DNA from: Octopus sinensis
Lineage: Eukaryota
DNA length: 64,000 nt
Direction of reading: 5' to 3'
NCBI RefSeq assembly: GCF_006345805.1
Contig: NC_043000.1
Coordinates: 8,680,001 to 8,744,000 of the forward strand
In this document: in pieces, positions 1 through 11,955 of the stretch
Position numbering within the stretch: position 1 is the first letter of the stretch
Layout: every line of letters starts with the position of its first letter
The notes under the pieces: generated by a model
What the model was told of the DNA's origin: nothing
What the model saw: the letters and a program-made list of their open reading frames with translations, nothing else
Databases searched by the model: none
Translations under genes and position numbers: made by a program

Positions 1-155
1 AGATACCCTAAATAATAATTATTACCTTTGAAGGTTCTTATTTCCATGCTGGCCACTTGATAAGATCGATATTATTTCAATTAGCGAGCTTATCCTTATT
101 TATATATATATATATATATAATATATATATTATATATATATAATATATATATATA

Positions 156-1314
156 TAATACAAAATAAGAAGATGGAGAAATACATCGAAATCAAATATC
201 AATTACCAGATAATACTCAATCACATACTTTATTAAACCACCACATGAGAAACTATAAGGTTAAACATAATAATATAGGGCAAAACAGTGTACATAAAGG
301 AGTGTACATAAAAGAGTAATGTTATACAATAAGTAGAATATGTATAAGAGAAAATAAATATAAGTACACTTAGATATAAACATAGACTACATCTTACAGC
401 TGTTTCGGCCATGTAGATAAGTATGTCTCATTTTACTTATATTAGCCATTTATGGTAGGTCAATATGTAGTTATAAATGAGACATTTACAAAAATATCCT
501 AAGGCCTCTTTGGAGATTATGTGACACAAATCAGATTACATACATACTTATACAGGTGTGGGTACATACCCATAATAAAACATATACATATACATATGAG
601 TGCATATACTCATACTCCCATGACAATGATAATGATGCTAACATTAATGACATTTTGGAAATTAATAAGAATTAATATAATGTACTCTTGACTCTGTATA
701 TCTGCATTTAGGCATTAATATGTGTATGTTTTACTACATTGTAATTATCACAATATTAGGTTGAAAACTGTAACATTGAATGTGGAGCATATGTATGTTT
801 ATTAATTTATATTATTTATATCATTATGTATATGTATATTTATATGTATAGGAGTATGAGTATATGCACTCATATGTATATGTATATGTTTTATTATGGG
901 TATGTACCCACACCTATATAAGTATGTATGTAATCTGATTTGTATCACATAATTTCCGAAGAGGCCTTAGGATATTTTTGTAAATGTCTCATTTATAACT
1001 ACATATTGACCTACCATAAATGGCTAATATAAGTAAAATGAGACATACTTATCTACATGGCCGAAACAGCTGTAAGATGTAGTCTATGTTTATATCTAAG
1101 TGTACTTATATTTATTTTCTCTTATACATATTCTACTTATTGTATAACATTACTCTTTTATGTACACTCCTTTATGTACACTGTTTTGCCCTACATTATT
1201 ATGTTTAACCTTATAGTTTCTCATGTGGTGGTTTAATAAAGTATGTGATCGAGTATTATCTGGTAATTGATATTTGATTTCGATGTATTTCTCCATTTTC
1301 TTATTTTGTATTAT
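156..1314. repeat. Long inverted repeat (arms about 156-618 and 851-1314), Penelope-like pLTR derivative
   Basis: Arms of about 463 bp are near-exact reverse complements with a spacer of about 230 bp; each arm carries a hammerhead-like motif. Confidence 0.9.
952..1078 (+). ncRNA. Type-I hammerhead-ribozyme-like fold, degenerate core (mirror copy 391-517 on -)
   Basis: attt-CCGAAGA-ggcc...(about 90 nt)...ggcc-GAAA-cagctg-TA-agat; stem III is the palindrome ACAGCTGT. Core position 4 is C here; the mirror copy reads CCAAAGA. Confidence 0.55.
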
Positions 1315-2173
1315 GAATTTGTGGTAAATCATTTTGCCTTTGCCCATATAATACAGTAAATGAATTAATTGCATCGCAATTCTTAACATTTATATATTAA
1401 CTTTGTTGGGTACTTCACTAGCAGTATATTGGATATATGTTATCCCATGGAGGGTTGCATTTACAACCCCTATCTCAATTTGTGTGTATATATATATATT
1501 ATCTATATATAAAACTGAATTGCGTTTTTACCGCTTGGATCGCTTTCAATGCCACTACATCCCGTCCGATTCGCTCCAAAATTTACAGGGACATGTAGAA
1601 TGAGGTGACGATGCGCGTGGGCTATCTTAAAAGGTGTGGTTGCTAGGGGCCATCTTCCTCACTCACCCTACTTCCTCCAGTACTCTCTCACTCCTCTTCA
1701 TTTGACAATGCCACTACGGTTATTTAATGTAAAGTCTTCCTCAAATCACTCTCTGTCTGTTTCCTCTCTTCCAAGAACATTTTCACTCACTCTTATCTCT
1801 TAGCTTCCCACACATTTTACTCATGTATCTATCAGTTTCATAGACAGAAACAAATATTACATCGCCATCGCCATCGCATTCTATTGTCTACCTGTCAACA
1901 CACACACACACACACATATACATATATCTAATATTATATTTTTATTTTTATGTTTTATGTTTTATGTTTTATTTTTCACTCCAAAATTTACACCTTCTCT
2001 TTCTACCTCTAACTCCCATTCAATTTTTCTTTATCTCCATTCTTAAAGATAATTATCATCGCCGCCACCACCACCACCACCAACACACAATCTGGACAAT
2101 CTTTCTCTTATAACAAATCATGTTTACATTGCAACGACGTCTGCCACCTCCGCCGTCTCTATTTATTCTGCAA

Positions 2174-2370
2174 ATGACCAGAACTCGGGAAACTTGGTTT
2201 AGTGTTCTATGGTCTATGGCCAGAACTCGGGAAACTTGGTTGAGTGTTCTATGGTCTATGACCAGAACTCGGGAAACTTGCTTGACTGTTCTATGGTCTA
2301 TGACCAGAAATCGGGAAACTTGGTTGAGTGTTCTATGGTCTATGACCAGAACTTGGGAAACTTGGTTGAG
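2174..2370 (+). repeat. 42-bp tandem minisatellite, about 4.7 copies
   Basis: Unit tatgaccagaactcgggaaacttggttgagtgttctatggtc; explains the 14-aa repeat ORFs 2120-2410 and 2209-2400. Confidence 0.95.
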
Positions 2371-3061
2371 TCCTCATCTTATAAAATGTGGCCCCAGTAG
2401 ACCCAAATGAGATCGGGTTATATTAACCAAAAGGTGAAAAGGGGTATAAATGGGGCTGGAAGGGGATTAAAATTTAAAGGAGCGGGTGTTTAGCAATTCT
2501 CTGTTACATCAAGCTAAAAAATTTGCTCCAGCCTTTTAATCGTCAATGTGTTGCCGTCCATGATGAAGAAGTTTTGAATGCTCGCCATCGTGAGTCTACT
2601 GTCGTGAGAAAGAATCAAGTCAAAACTTGGTTTTTAGGGATTTTCTTTTACATCAAGTTCAAAATTTTACGCCAGCCGTTGAACTGTCAATACGTTGCTG
2701 TCCGTCGTTAAGAAATGCCAGCCATGGTGACTCTACTATCCTCAAATTTTATCCCTTCAAACTTTGGTTTCCAATATTTTATTATTTTTATTCAGCTCGC
2801 AAGTTCGTCTGTCCCTTTTAAATGTTAGTGTTTTGCTGTCTGTCTTGAAGCAGACTTTTCCTTTGTAACTGCCTGATATTTATGATTGATCTTTCTAAAT
2901 ATTTTATTTCTCAACTTACTCAAGATCTTTTGTTGTTTATAAATGGGAGAGAGATACATAAAGATAGAGAGTAAGAGAAAGCGAGGGAGAGTCCGAGAGA
3001 AAGGAAGAGTAAGAGAGTGGGAAAGTGAGAGAGAAAGGAGAAAGAAACAAAGAGGGAGAAT

Positions 3062-3360
3062 CATCATCATCATCATAATCGTTTAATGTCCGTTTTCCGT
3101 GCTAGCACGGGTTGGACAGTCTGACAGGGGTCTGGGAAGCCAGGAGGCTGCACCAGGCTCCAGTCTGATCTGGCAGTGTTTCGACAGGTGGATGCCCTTC
3201 CTAACGCCAACCACTCTGTGAGCGTAGTGGGTGCTTTTTTCGTGCCGCCTGCACAGGTGCCAGGGGGGCTGGCAGCGGCCACGATCGGTTGGTGCTTTTT
3301 ACGTGCCACCAGTCAAGGCGGCGCTGCAATCTGCTACGTTCGGATAGTGCTTTTTACGTG
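3062..3360 (-). mobile_element. SINE/RTE-tail element nested in the Helitron
   Basis: ggcgttaggaagggcatcc...gtccaacccgtgctagcacggaaaacggacattaaacg plus (ATG)n tail on the minus strand; a related tail lies at 5250-5420 on +. Confidence 0.7.
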
Positions 3361-3428
3361 CTGAAAGGAAGCAACAGAAAGTAACAACCACACTCATACC
3401 CGCGCGTAGAGCGGGTCACCTTCAGCTA

Positions 3429-3478
<50 letters not shown>

Positions 3479-3982
3479 TTGTGACTAAGGGTGCATATTA
3501 GCACTAGCATTGCTAGAAATACGATTCAAGACGGACAAGCACTTATCTAATAACTGAAAAGTGACTGTAGGGCGCTTGTCTCCCTTGTCAGTCATTAGAT
3601 AAGCGCCTACTCGTGGCTGCTTCTTATTTCTGATGCTAATATGGACCCTTCTTGACGTTTGTACTTGTGCCTCTTGGTTGTAAATTGCGAATAGAAACAT
3701 TAATAATAGGAGAAAGAAAGGCTGTGTTAAATAGCTTGCTTACTAACGACATTGTTCCACGTGGAACTTTGGGCAAGTGTCTTCTATAGCCTCTGGCGGT
3801 CCAAAGCCTTCAGAGTGGATTTGGTAGGCAGAAACTGAAAGAAACCCGTCGTGTATATATACATATATACATTATATATATATATATTTCATGTAGGATA
3901 AAATTTTTTCGAAAAAAAATGATATCAATGGCCAGCATATTAAAAAATATCATTAAAGGTTAAAATTATAAACAACTTATAA

Positions 3983-4234
<252 letters not shown>

Positions 4235-4610
4235 CATGTATGTATGTATGCATGCGTGTTTGTGTGTCTGTATTTGTCCCGATACCATCGCTTGATATCC
4301 AATGTTGGTGTGTTTACGTCGCTGTAACTTAGCGGTTCGGCAAAAGCGACCGATAGAATAAGTACTTGGCTTGCAAAGAATAAGAGCTGGAGTCGATTTG
4401 TTCGACTAAAGGCGGTGCTCCAGCATGGCCACTGTCAAATGACTGAAACAAATAAAAGAATATATATATATATATATATATTTAGAAGCAGAAATATCCG
4501 GCGTTGCTCGGGTTAAAGAGAATAATGAAATTTAAAAACGCCGTCTAGATTATGCAGGTCTCAACTGCTAGTAGCCGAGATACCAACTTTCTACGTTAAT
4601 AACTCTTCAA

Positions 4611-4739
4611 GACACCTTGGGTAAGTGTCTTCTACTATAGCCTCGGGCTCACCAAAGCCTTGTGAGTGGATTTGGTAGACGGAAACTGAAAGAAGCCCAT
4701 CGTATATGTGTATATATATATATATATTATATATATATA

Positions 4740-4799
<60 letters not shown>

Positions 4800-4800
4800 G

Positions 4801-4865
<65 letters not shown>

Positions 4866-5074
4866 TGTGTCTGTGTTTGTCCCCCTAACATCGCTTGACA
4901 ACCGATGCTGGTGTGTTTACGTTCCTGTAACTTAGTGGTTCAGCAAAAGAGAGACCGATAGAATAAGTACAAGGTTTACAAAGTATAAGTCCTGGGGTCG
5001 ATTTTCTCGACTAAAAGCGGTGCTCCAGCATGGCCACAGTCACATGACTGAAACAAGTAAAAGAGTAAAAGAGT
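4611..5074 (+). mobile_element. Composite SINE: tRNA-head module, (TA)n(TG)n linker, second module ending (aaagagt)n
   Basis: accttgg(g)taagtgtcttctactatagcc...gaaactgaaagaagccc, microsatellite, then tgtttgtcccc...ctggggtcgat...ccagcatggcc...gactgaaacaagtaaaagagt. The same architecture recurs at 15485-15812, 50222-50603 and 52436-52866 (all -); single modules at 3720-3850, 4255-4460, 17880-18080, 32340-32530 and 56385-56600. Confidence 0.85.
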
Positions 5075-5781
5075 ATATGTGATATCTCATTAGCCGGCAC
5101 ATGGCCACATTCAAATGACTGAAACCAGTAAAAGAGTAAAAGAGTAAAGAGTTAATTCAATTTAATAAAGAATACTCTTCGAGGTGGTGCCCCAGCATGG
5201 CCACAGTGTAATGACTGAAACAAGTAAAAGACAAAATATATTGTCATAGCCTGTTATATTCTGTGAAGTGTTTGGCATTAGGAAGGACACCCAACTGTAG
5301 AAACTATGTCGAAGCCGACAGAAGAGCTTAATGCAGCCTTCTGGTTTACAGGTCGTCAATCCATCCAACCCATGAAAAAATGGTCGTTAAATGATGATGA
5401 TGATGACGATGATGATGATTTTTATGTTATGAATAGAATCCCCAATGGGGTGGGTATGGGGTGTTTTGGCACAGTTCTTTTGGTGCCACTTATTTGGCAT
5501 CACTGATTCAACACTGATTTATTTGACATCAGATATTTTAATGCTTCGTTTTTTTTTTGCGGCGGGGGGCGTTTCTCTAATTCTCTCGCTCCCTCTCTCC
5601 CCTTCTATTTGTTTGTTTGTCTATCTGTCTGTCTTTGCCTGTCACTGTCTGTCTGTCTGTCTGCTTGTCTCTCTATTTTATGTGTGTGAACACATTCCTT
5701 ATTTTGTGTATAAAGAAAGGGCAACTGCTTATGCCAACTGTGTCCAGTTAATACATTGCAATCTCTCTCTCTTTCTCTTTG

Positions 5782-5783
<2 letters not shown>

Positions 5784-5860
<77 letters not shown>
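5784..5860. repeat. (ATCT)n tetranucleotide microsatellite (also about 17240-17316, 34230-34300, 46955-47045)
   Basis: Direct reading; accounts for the SIYL/IYLS ORFs. Confidence 0.95.
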
Positions 5861-6095
5861 TTCTATCACTCTCCCATTAACTTTGTGTGTGTGTTTGACT
5901 CTTGTTCACAAAAAGTACTGTGGTTCTATGCCCAGTTAATCGTGCTAAATGACCAGCGTCCAAACAGCTGTGCCTAATCATTTCATTCCACAATAGGGTT
6001 CATTTAATTTTCATACTTTCTGAGTTTATAAAATAAGTAGCAGAGGAGTAGTGGACCAACCTAATAGATTATATTCATCTAACCTGGTGGTGCTT

Positions 6096-6740
6096 AAAAG
6101 GCACCCGTGCCAATGACTCACAAAAGGCACCTGTGCCAGAGACATGTAACAAGTACCTGTGCCAGTTATACATAAAATACACTAATGCCAGTGACACATA
6201 AAAGGCCTCCTTACCAATTATGTGCAACAAGCACCTGTGCAGTGATACATAAAAGACACCCATAACGTTAACAAATAGCAAGCACCTGTACTAATGACAT
6301 GTAACAGGCACCTGTGCTAGTGACTCATAAAAGAAACCCAAGCCTGTGACAAACAAAGACATGTAACAGACACCTGTGCCAGTGATACATATAAGACACC
6401 CATGCCAGTGACAAATAAAAGGTACCCGTGCCAATGACATGTAATAGGCACTTGTGCTGGTGACACATAAAAGGCAGCCATGCTAGTGACATGTAACATG
6501 CACCTGTGCCAGTGACACATAAAAGACACCCATGCCAGTGACATGTAACATGCACCCATGCCAGGGACACATAAAAGGCATGTGTCCCAAGGACATGTAA
6601 CAGGCACCTGTACTGCTGACACATAAAAGACACCCCTGCCAGTGACAAATAAATGGCACCCGTGCCAGTGACATGTAACAAGCATCTGTGCCAGCGATGC
6701 ATAAAAGACCTCAATGCCAGTGATAAGTAAAAGGCACACT
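6096..6740 (+). repeat. Diverged 26-bp minisatellite, about 25 copies
   Basis: Units such as gcacctgtgccagtgacaca-taaaag and gcacctgtgccagtgacatg-taacag; explains Cys/His/Trp-rich ORFs 6317-6739. Confidence 0.9.
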
Positions 6741-7142
6741 AATGTGCTGCAAATCCCTTATTTTGGTTCGGAAAAAATTAGGTGGGGTTCACCCTCCCAA
6801 TCCCGGAATCGATGGGAATGGTTTTTTCGTTGAATGAGTTCCTGTGACCTCCTAATATTGCAAAATTAGGTTACTTAAGGTGAGCCTGGTAACTGATCGT
6901 TTTGGGATTTTGTTTGTAATTTTTGGTGATCCATGGTGCAACGAACAACATGGTAAAAATCCCTGCCATAAATTTGGTGTAGATGGGTAATATCAAATAA
7001 TTCAATCACGACATATATTTAAATTCAACATGGATAAATTGAAATATTATTTTTCAGTATTTTATAAGGTAAAATCTTAAATTATTAATTGACACATTAT
7101 TACTTATCTTATAACAGCAATGTCTGGAAAAATCATGGATTA

Positions 7143-7639
7143 CATGGAAAAATGCAAGCATCAAAAATAAGATTCTTAAGATTATAAACCCGGAAAAGTA
7201 CAGGACAAGTTATTACACCTGTAAGAGTATAGGCCAAGCTATTACTTCTAATATAAGAAACTCTTTACTTAAAATATTGCAGCTAAAATTAAAATTTGAA
7301 TATTAAAAATTATTTTATTATAGTTTTCAAATAACACTATACATATTTAAGTACAATTTGGCTACTTTACTACTTTAAATACAGAAAATAGTGACTAATT
7401 AGAAAAACTTGCAAATTAGCCGAACAGTTTTGCGCAATAAAAGATGAGAACTCTAAAGAGTGATAAATTAGAAGAACTGGCATTCTTTGCTGCAATATTT
7501 TTAGTAAAAAGTATCTTATTCTTTATTTTACTTGAAGTAGTAGTTCGTCCTATACGTTTACAGGTGTCATAACTTGTCCCGTACTTTTCCAGGTTTATAA
7601 TCTTAAGAATATTACTTTTCATGCTTGCATTTTTCCATG
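7143..7639. mobile_element. MITE with about 145-bp TIRs and TA target duplication
   Basis: TA|CATGGAAAAATGCAAGCAT... and ...ATGCTTGCATTTTTCCATG|TA; arms about 7143-7283 and 7490-7639 are diverged reverse complements. Confidence 0.8.
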
Positions 7640-7717
7640 TATATATATAAATACATGACAGTACATGAAGTTTGTTTAAAAAAAGGGGATCATGTATATA
7701 GCTCCTGGCTGTTGAAA

Positions 7718-10700
7718 TTATAACACCTCGTTGTAAACAATGTTCCTTGTTTTTCCTTGTAGAGCATATACAAAAAGGTTTCTTTTGGTTCCTACTCTTG
7801 AGCAGCCAACATACAGTTGCCCATGCGAGAAGCAGGGCTCTTCCAAGAGAAGACCAGCTACAGAGAGGGTTTGACCCTGAGATTTGTTAATGGACATGGC
7901 AGAGCTGACACGAAGGGGGAATTGCAGTCTTCTGAATGTAAATGGAATTTCTGCTCCTGATGGAGTAAGATGAATTCTTGGAATAAAGACGTCATCACCT
8001 TTTCCACATCCAGAAAGAATGATCGCCTCGATAACGTGTGACATCATTTTCTTTATCACCAGTCGTATTCCATTGCAAAGTCTTGGTGGTTCCAGATTGC
8101 GGAGTAGCATTACAGGAGTTCCAACTTTAAGTGCTAATATGTGTGGAGGTAGTCCAAGAGGCTCCAGTGAATTGAGAAATTCAGGAGGATAGTTCACAAC
8201 TCCATTTATATCTGGAATTGTATCAACAGACTTGTAAGTGTGTATAATGCCGGGAAGAGAATGCATTAGCTGTTGATTAATTTTGTTAACAGCGACGTTT
8301 TTTGGAGCTAATATTGCTCTTTCACACAGCCAATTGTGATTTTGGTAGTTTTGTGTGAAGTTGGGAAAGACTTCGTTTTTGAGGTCATCTACAGAATTAA
8401 CAACAGAGGAAAATGACCACACTTCCATTTGTCCTGCAGCATCGAGAGGCATCGCCTTCACCAAGTGTCAAAATGTCCTGTGCAAACTTTGTGGACATTT
8501 CGTCGCCGTGTAGCTGAGCTCTCATGTTAGTGGTGAGACAGGATTGTAACATGATACCACAGGGTAGAGGACTTTAGGCATGCTTGGACTTCATCTGCTC
8601 TAGTGCCTTTCGGAATGACAGGAAGAGCTTGCCTGAAATCACCTGACAACAGAAGCGTTACACTTCCCATTGGAGCCTGACAGTCTCGGATATCTTTCAG
8701 GGCTCTATCTAATGCTTCCAAAGCTCCCTTGTGAGTCATAGTGCACTCATCCCAGACAATTAGATGACACATTTTAAGTACTTGTCCCTGATCTGAGCTT
8801 TTGTTGATGTTGCATGAAGGCATTTCGGATGCTCCTAAATTGAGAGGGAGTTTAAAAGTTGAGTGTGCTGTCCTGCCATCAGGTAACAAAGTAGCTGCAA
8901 TGCCAGAGGAGGCTACAGCTACTGCAATGTCCTGATGCTACCTAACTTCTGCAAGGAGAAGCTTTGTAATAAATGTTTTTCCTGTCTCCCCAGGAACATC
9001 GAGGAGGAAGATTCGTCCCTCACGTTGGCGTACACTGTTAAGAATAGTTCTGTAGGCCTGCAGCTGGTCTGGAAGTAATTTAGGCTCATTTTCAACAATG
9101 TACCTTGAAAGCGCTTGAGTGTCGTAGGTTGTTTCACGAATGACAGCAGTGGGAAGGCTATTTGACTCTGACCTGAATGCTTGTGGCAGGCCATACGTCG
9201 ACAATTCATTTCCACCCAGTTTAGCAATTCTGTCTTCAATGTCAATGAGTGTTTTGTTATATATTTCATTGTTGATACCCTCCATGTCAGGATAGAGCAG
9301 TTGAGCTTGGCACGGAAAGTCTTCAGCCAGGTTGTCTCTATATTTGAGCCATAGAGTGCCGGATCACACAGTTCGCATGCCTGTAGTAATACTGCAAATA
9401 GTGCCCTGAGACTTTTAGGTGATTGTGATAAAGCAGCCTCTCCTAAAGTTGCATCCCATTGTGCACCATCTTCTAACAGACCTTGTTGATAGCAGGCTTC
9501 TCTGTATGTTGTGCAGACATGTCCATGAACGGTTTTTAGGGCCTGGAAAGACGTTGGCCCTCTGACCTCATGCAGTAGTAGACGAAGGTAGAAGCACTGT
9601 TGTTGAGTGGGATGCACTATGTATATTCGCCCAAAGCAAGTGTGAAACTTAATGCCAGGGTATCCATGAACATTTTGATCTGCTTTCCGTGGGGCCCATT
9701 TTTTTCCAAGTGTAGTACGATGAAATCTGTGGATACAGCAAGGTTTGAGCGAATGGATCCACATGACAAAGATTGAAGAATGCAGTGAGTGTGCTATCCC
9801 TTGGTTCCTCTGGCAACAGAGAAGCATTAGTATTGGTGAAGTACACTCTTTGACCATTTTCCAGGTGCACTGCAAGCTGTTGAATGGCGGGGTGTCGTTG
9901 GTGAATTGGAAAGCCAAAGATGCGCCAGAAAGCCTCGTTGCTACTTATGTACCGTCCCACCTGATAATGCGTCACCTCATCCTGGCAGTATTCTTGTTGA
10001 AGTCCAAACATTGCAGCGTCAGAACCCTTGTTTACATATTTGCAAACGTACTTGATGGATTTAACGGAGTTGCAAAACTCAACGTTGATGTGGGCATTGA
10101 AAGTCTTTGACAGGAATGGGCAGTATGGAACAATCCATCTATTATCAATGTCGTGCTGCCCGATCTTGTCCTCCCTCTTGTATAGAAGTGTACGGCTGCA
10201 GCGAAATTCATTTTTGGACTTTCTTCTATCGAAGGCATTTTAACAAAAATGCTTCCGTAAAGACGGACACAATTCAATTTTTAAACAATAACCAAAGACC
10301 CTTCTCTGAAAGGGGGAAGGTTACGGTTTACAATTATTTAACAAATGCAACACAACAACGTTTCCCTGACGAGGAACCAACATACGTGATTACAATAGTC
10401 AAACAGTAATAATAATAACAAACCTTTTTAATTTATCCCCATTTATGTGAAACCACTTATTCAAGTTCAAGTCATTGATGCAATTTTATACGAATTGCTA
10501 ATACACACACACACACATAATAAGGATGAAAAATTGAATATTAATTTGATTAATATGAATTGAAAACCAGTGGTGTAGCATATAAGACCACAACGGATCT
10601 TCTTCTAGCAAAAAGGATGACCATTGTTAATGGTTCATCCCTGTTATATAATACTTTCACTTTAATAGTGAAAGTGTCTGCATTACAAAAGAGAGATGTT

Positions 10701-10888
10701 TTTGTTTCACTTTTAACACATAATACTGAAATAGTGGAGAAAATATATTGCTGTGGGGTCGCCCTAGGGAAAAAGTTAAGTAAGGCATGTGTAAAATTTG
10801 AATGAAATTGGTTGTGTACTTCTCAAGTTTTAGGGAAACACACAGACAGAAAGACAGACACACATTCTCAGTTTTATATATATAGAGA
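7718..10888 (-). mobile_element. Internally deleted Helitron (RepHel remnant: Rep motif 3 plus PIF1-family helicase), frameshifted
   Basis: Minus-strand fragments give IDNRWIVPYCPFLSKTFNAHINVEFCNSVKSIKYVCKYVNKGSD (Rep tyrosines), GRYISSNEAFWRIFGF, CFYLRLLLHEVRGPTSF, PGETGKT (Walker A), GRTAHSTFKLP, LIVWDEC (Walker B), GDFRQALPV, LTTNMR, INKSQGQTL and FSHGQLYVGCSRV. The 5' terminus A|TCTCTATATATATAAAACTGAG is at 10888. The 3' hairpin/CTAG was not located. Confidence 0.92.
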
Positions 10889-10892
10889 TTAT

Positions 10893-11445
10893 TATTGAGT
10901 TAATGAGAGAGCAGTGCATGTCATCAAAATGATACTGGGTAAAATATGCGAAACCCAGTATACCCACCATGACTACCCGTCTGACAAGGGTACACCAGGA
11001 ACATGCATCATAACCATATGTGCGCGACATGGTGATCTCATATCAAGATAAACAGGGCATGACCTTGCAGGTGGGCCCAATTAGAATTTTCTTCAGGTCG
11101 AGCTGCCTATCCCACTCAAAAGGTCCCTGAAAAAGGGTTGTTTAAGGATGTTAAACGAAACACTCATGTTTCCAGAGGTGAATTATCCAAACCCCCAAAG
11201 AATTTCTCTCAACACATGGCTATGATGCTTCCCCACTATTTCTGTTCCTTATTAGAGATACGCATATCTTCAGCCACTAAAGGACATGCTCAACTGGGTA
11301 AGGTCAAGCAACTGACAAGTAAATCTGTGGTATTGAGCAGAATATTTGCTGTAGCCCATCTTTTATACCAAGACAAAACAATGTACGTGATAACACTTCC
11401 AGTCAGCTAAGATCAGAAGCCATGAGAGCCACTGCTTAGTACTGC
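10893..11445 (+). repeat. Dispersed repeat (second, truncated copy at 55828-56075)
   Basis: gcagtgcatg..atcaaa.tga.actg.g.taaaatat.cgaa.cccagtatacc...ctgcaggtggg.ccca.ttagaattttcttc.ggtcgag shared by both loci. Confidence 0.8.
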
Positions 11446-11923
11446 TATTATTGTTGTCATCATCATCATCATCATCATCATCATTATGTAATATTGGTTT
11501 TCTTCGTACTGTTGTTCAGTTTCTCTTTGCATTCCCGTATATGCACACACTTACACACATACACGTACACACGCAAATACTCATACTGATATATACATAC
11601 ATATATACATACATGCATACACACATGAATATATACATGCACTCATGCGTAGATACATGCATGCATATATACATACCTGCGTACGTATATGCATTCATTC
11701 AAGAGTACGTACAACATACAAACATGCATAATGCACACGCATGTATATATATATATATATATATATACTGTTGTACAGTTTCTCTTTGCATTCCCGTATA
11801 TGCAAACACTCACACACACATACACACATATATATTCATACACATGTATACATACATATATACATACATGCATACACACATGAATATATACATGCACTCA
11901 TGCGTACACACACACACACACAC

Positions 11924-11955
<32 letters not shown>

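Larger units (their letters stand above)
1502..3429 (+). mobile_element. Probable complete non-autonomous Helitron
   Basis: 5' end A|TCTATATATAAAACTGAA at 1502; 3' hairpin ACCCGC-gcgtaga-GCGGGT (3398-3416) followed by CTAG|T at 3426-3430; A/T target dinucleotide with no TSD. That both ends belong to one element is inferred. Confidence 0.65.

Noticed and set aside
1150-1389. 79-aa ORF
   Set aside because: Lies within one arm of the inverted repeat; no recognisable motif.
6096-6740. CRISPR-like array or Cys/His-rich protein
   Set aside because: Contiguous 26-bp units without unique spacers, eukaryotic context, no cas genes; the ORFs are repeat translations.
7718-8889. Host PIF1 helicase gene
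   Set aside because: Intronless, frameshifted, contiguous with Helitron Rep motifs and a Helitron 5' terminus.
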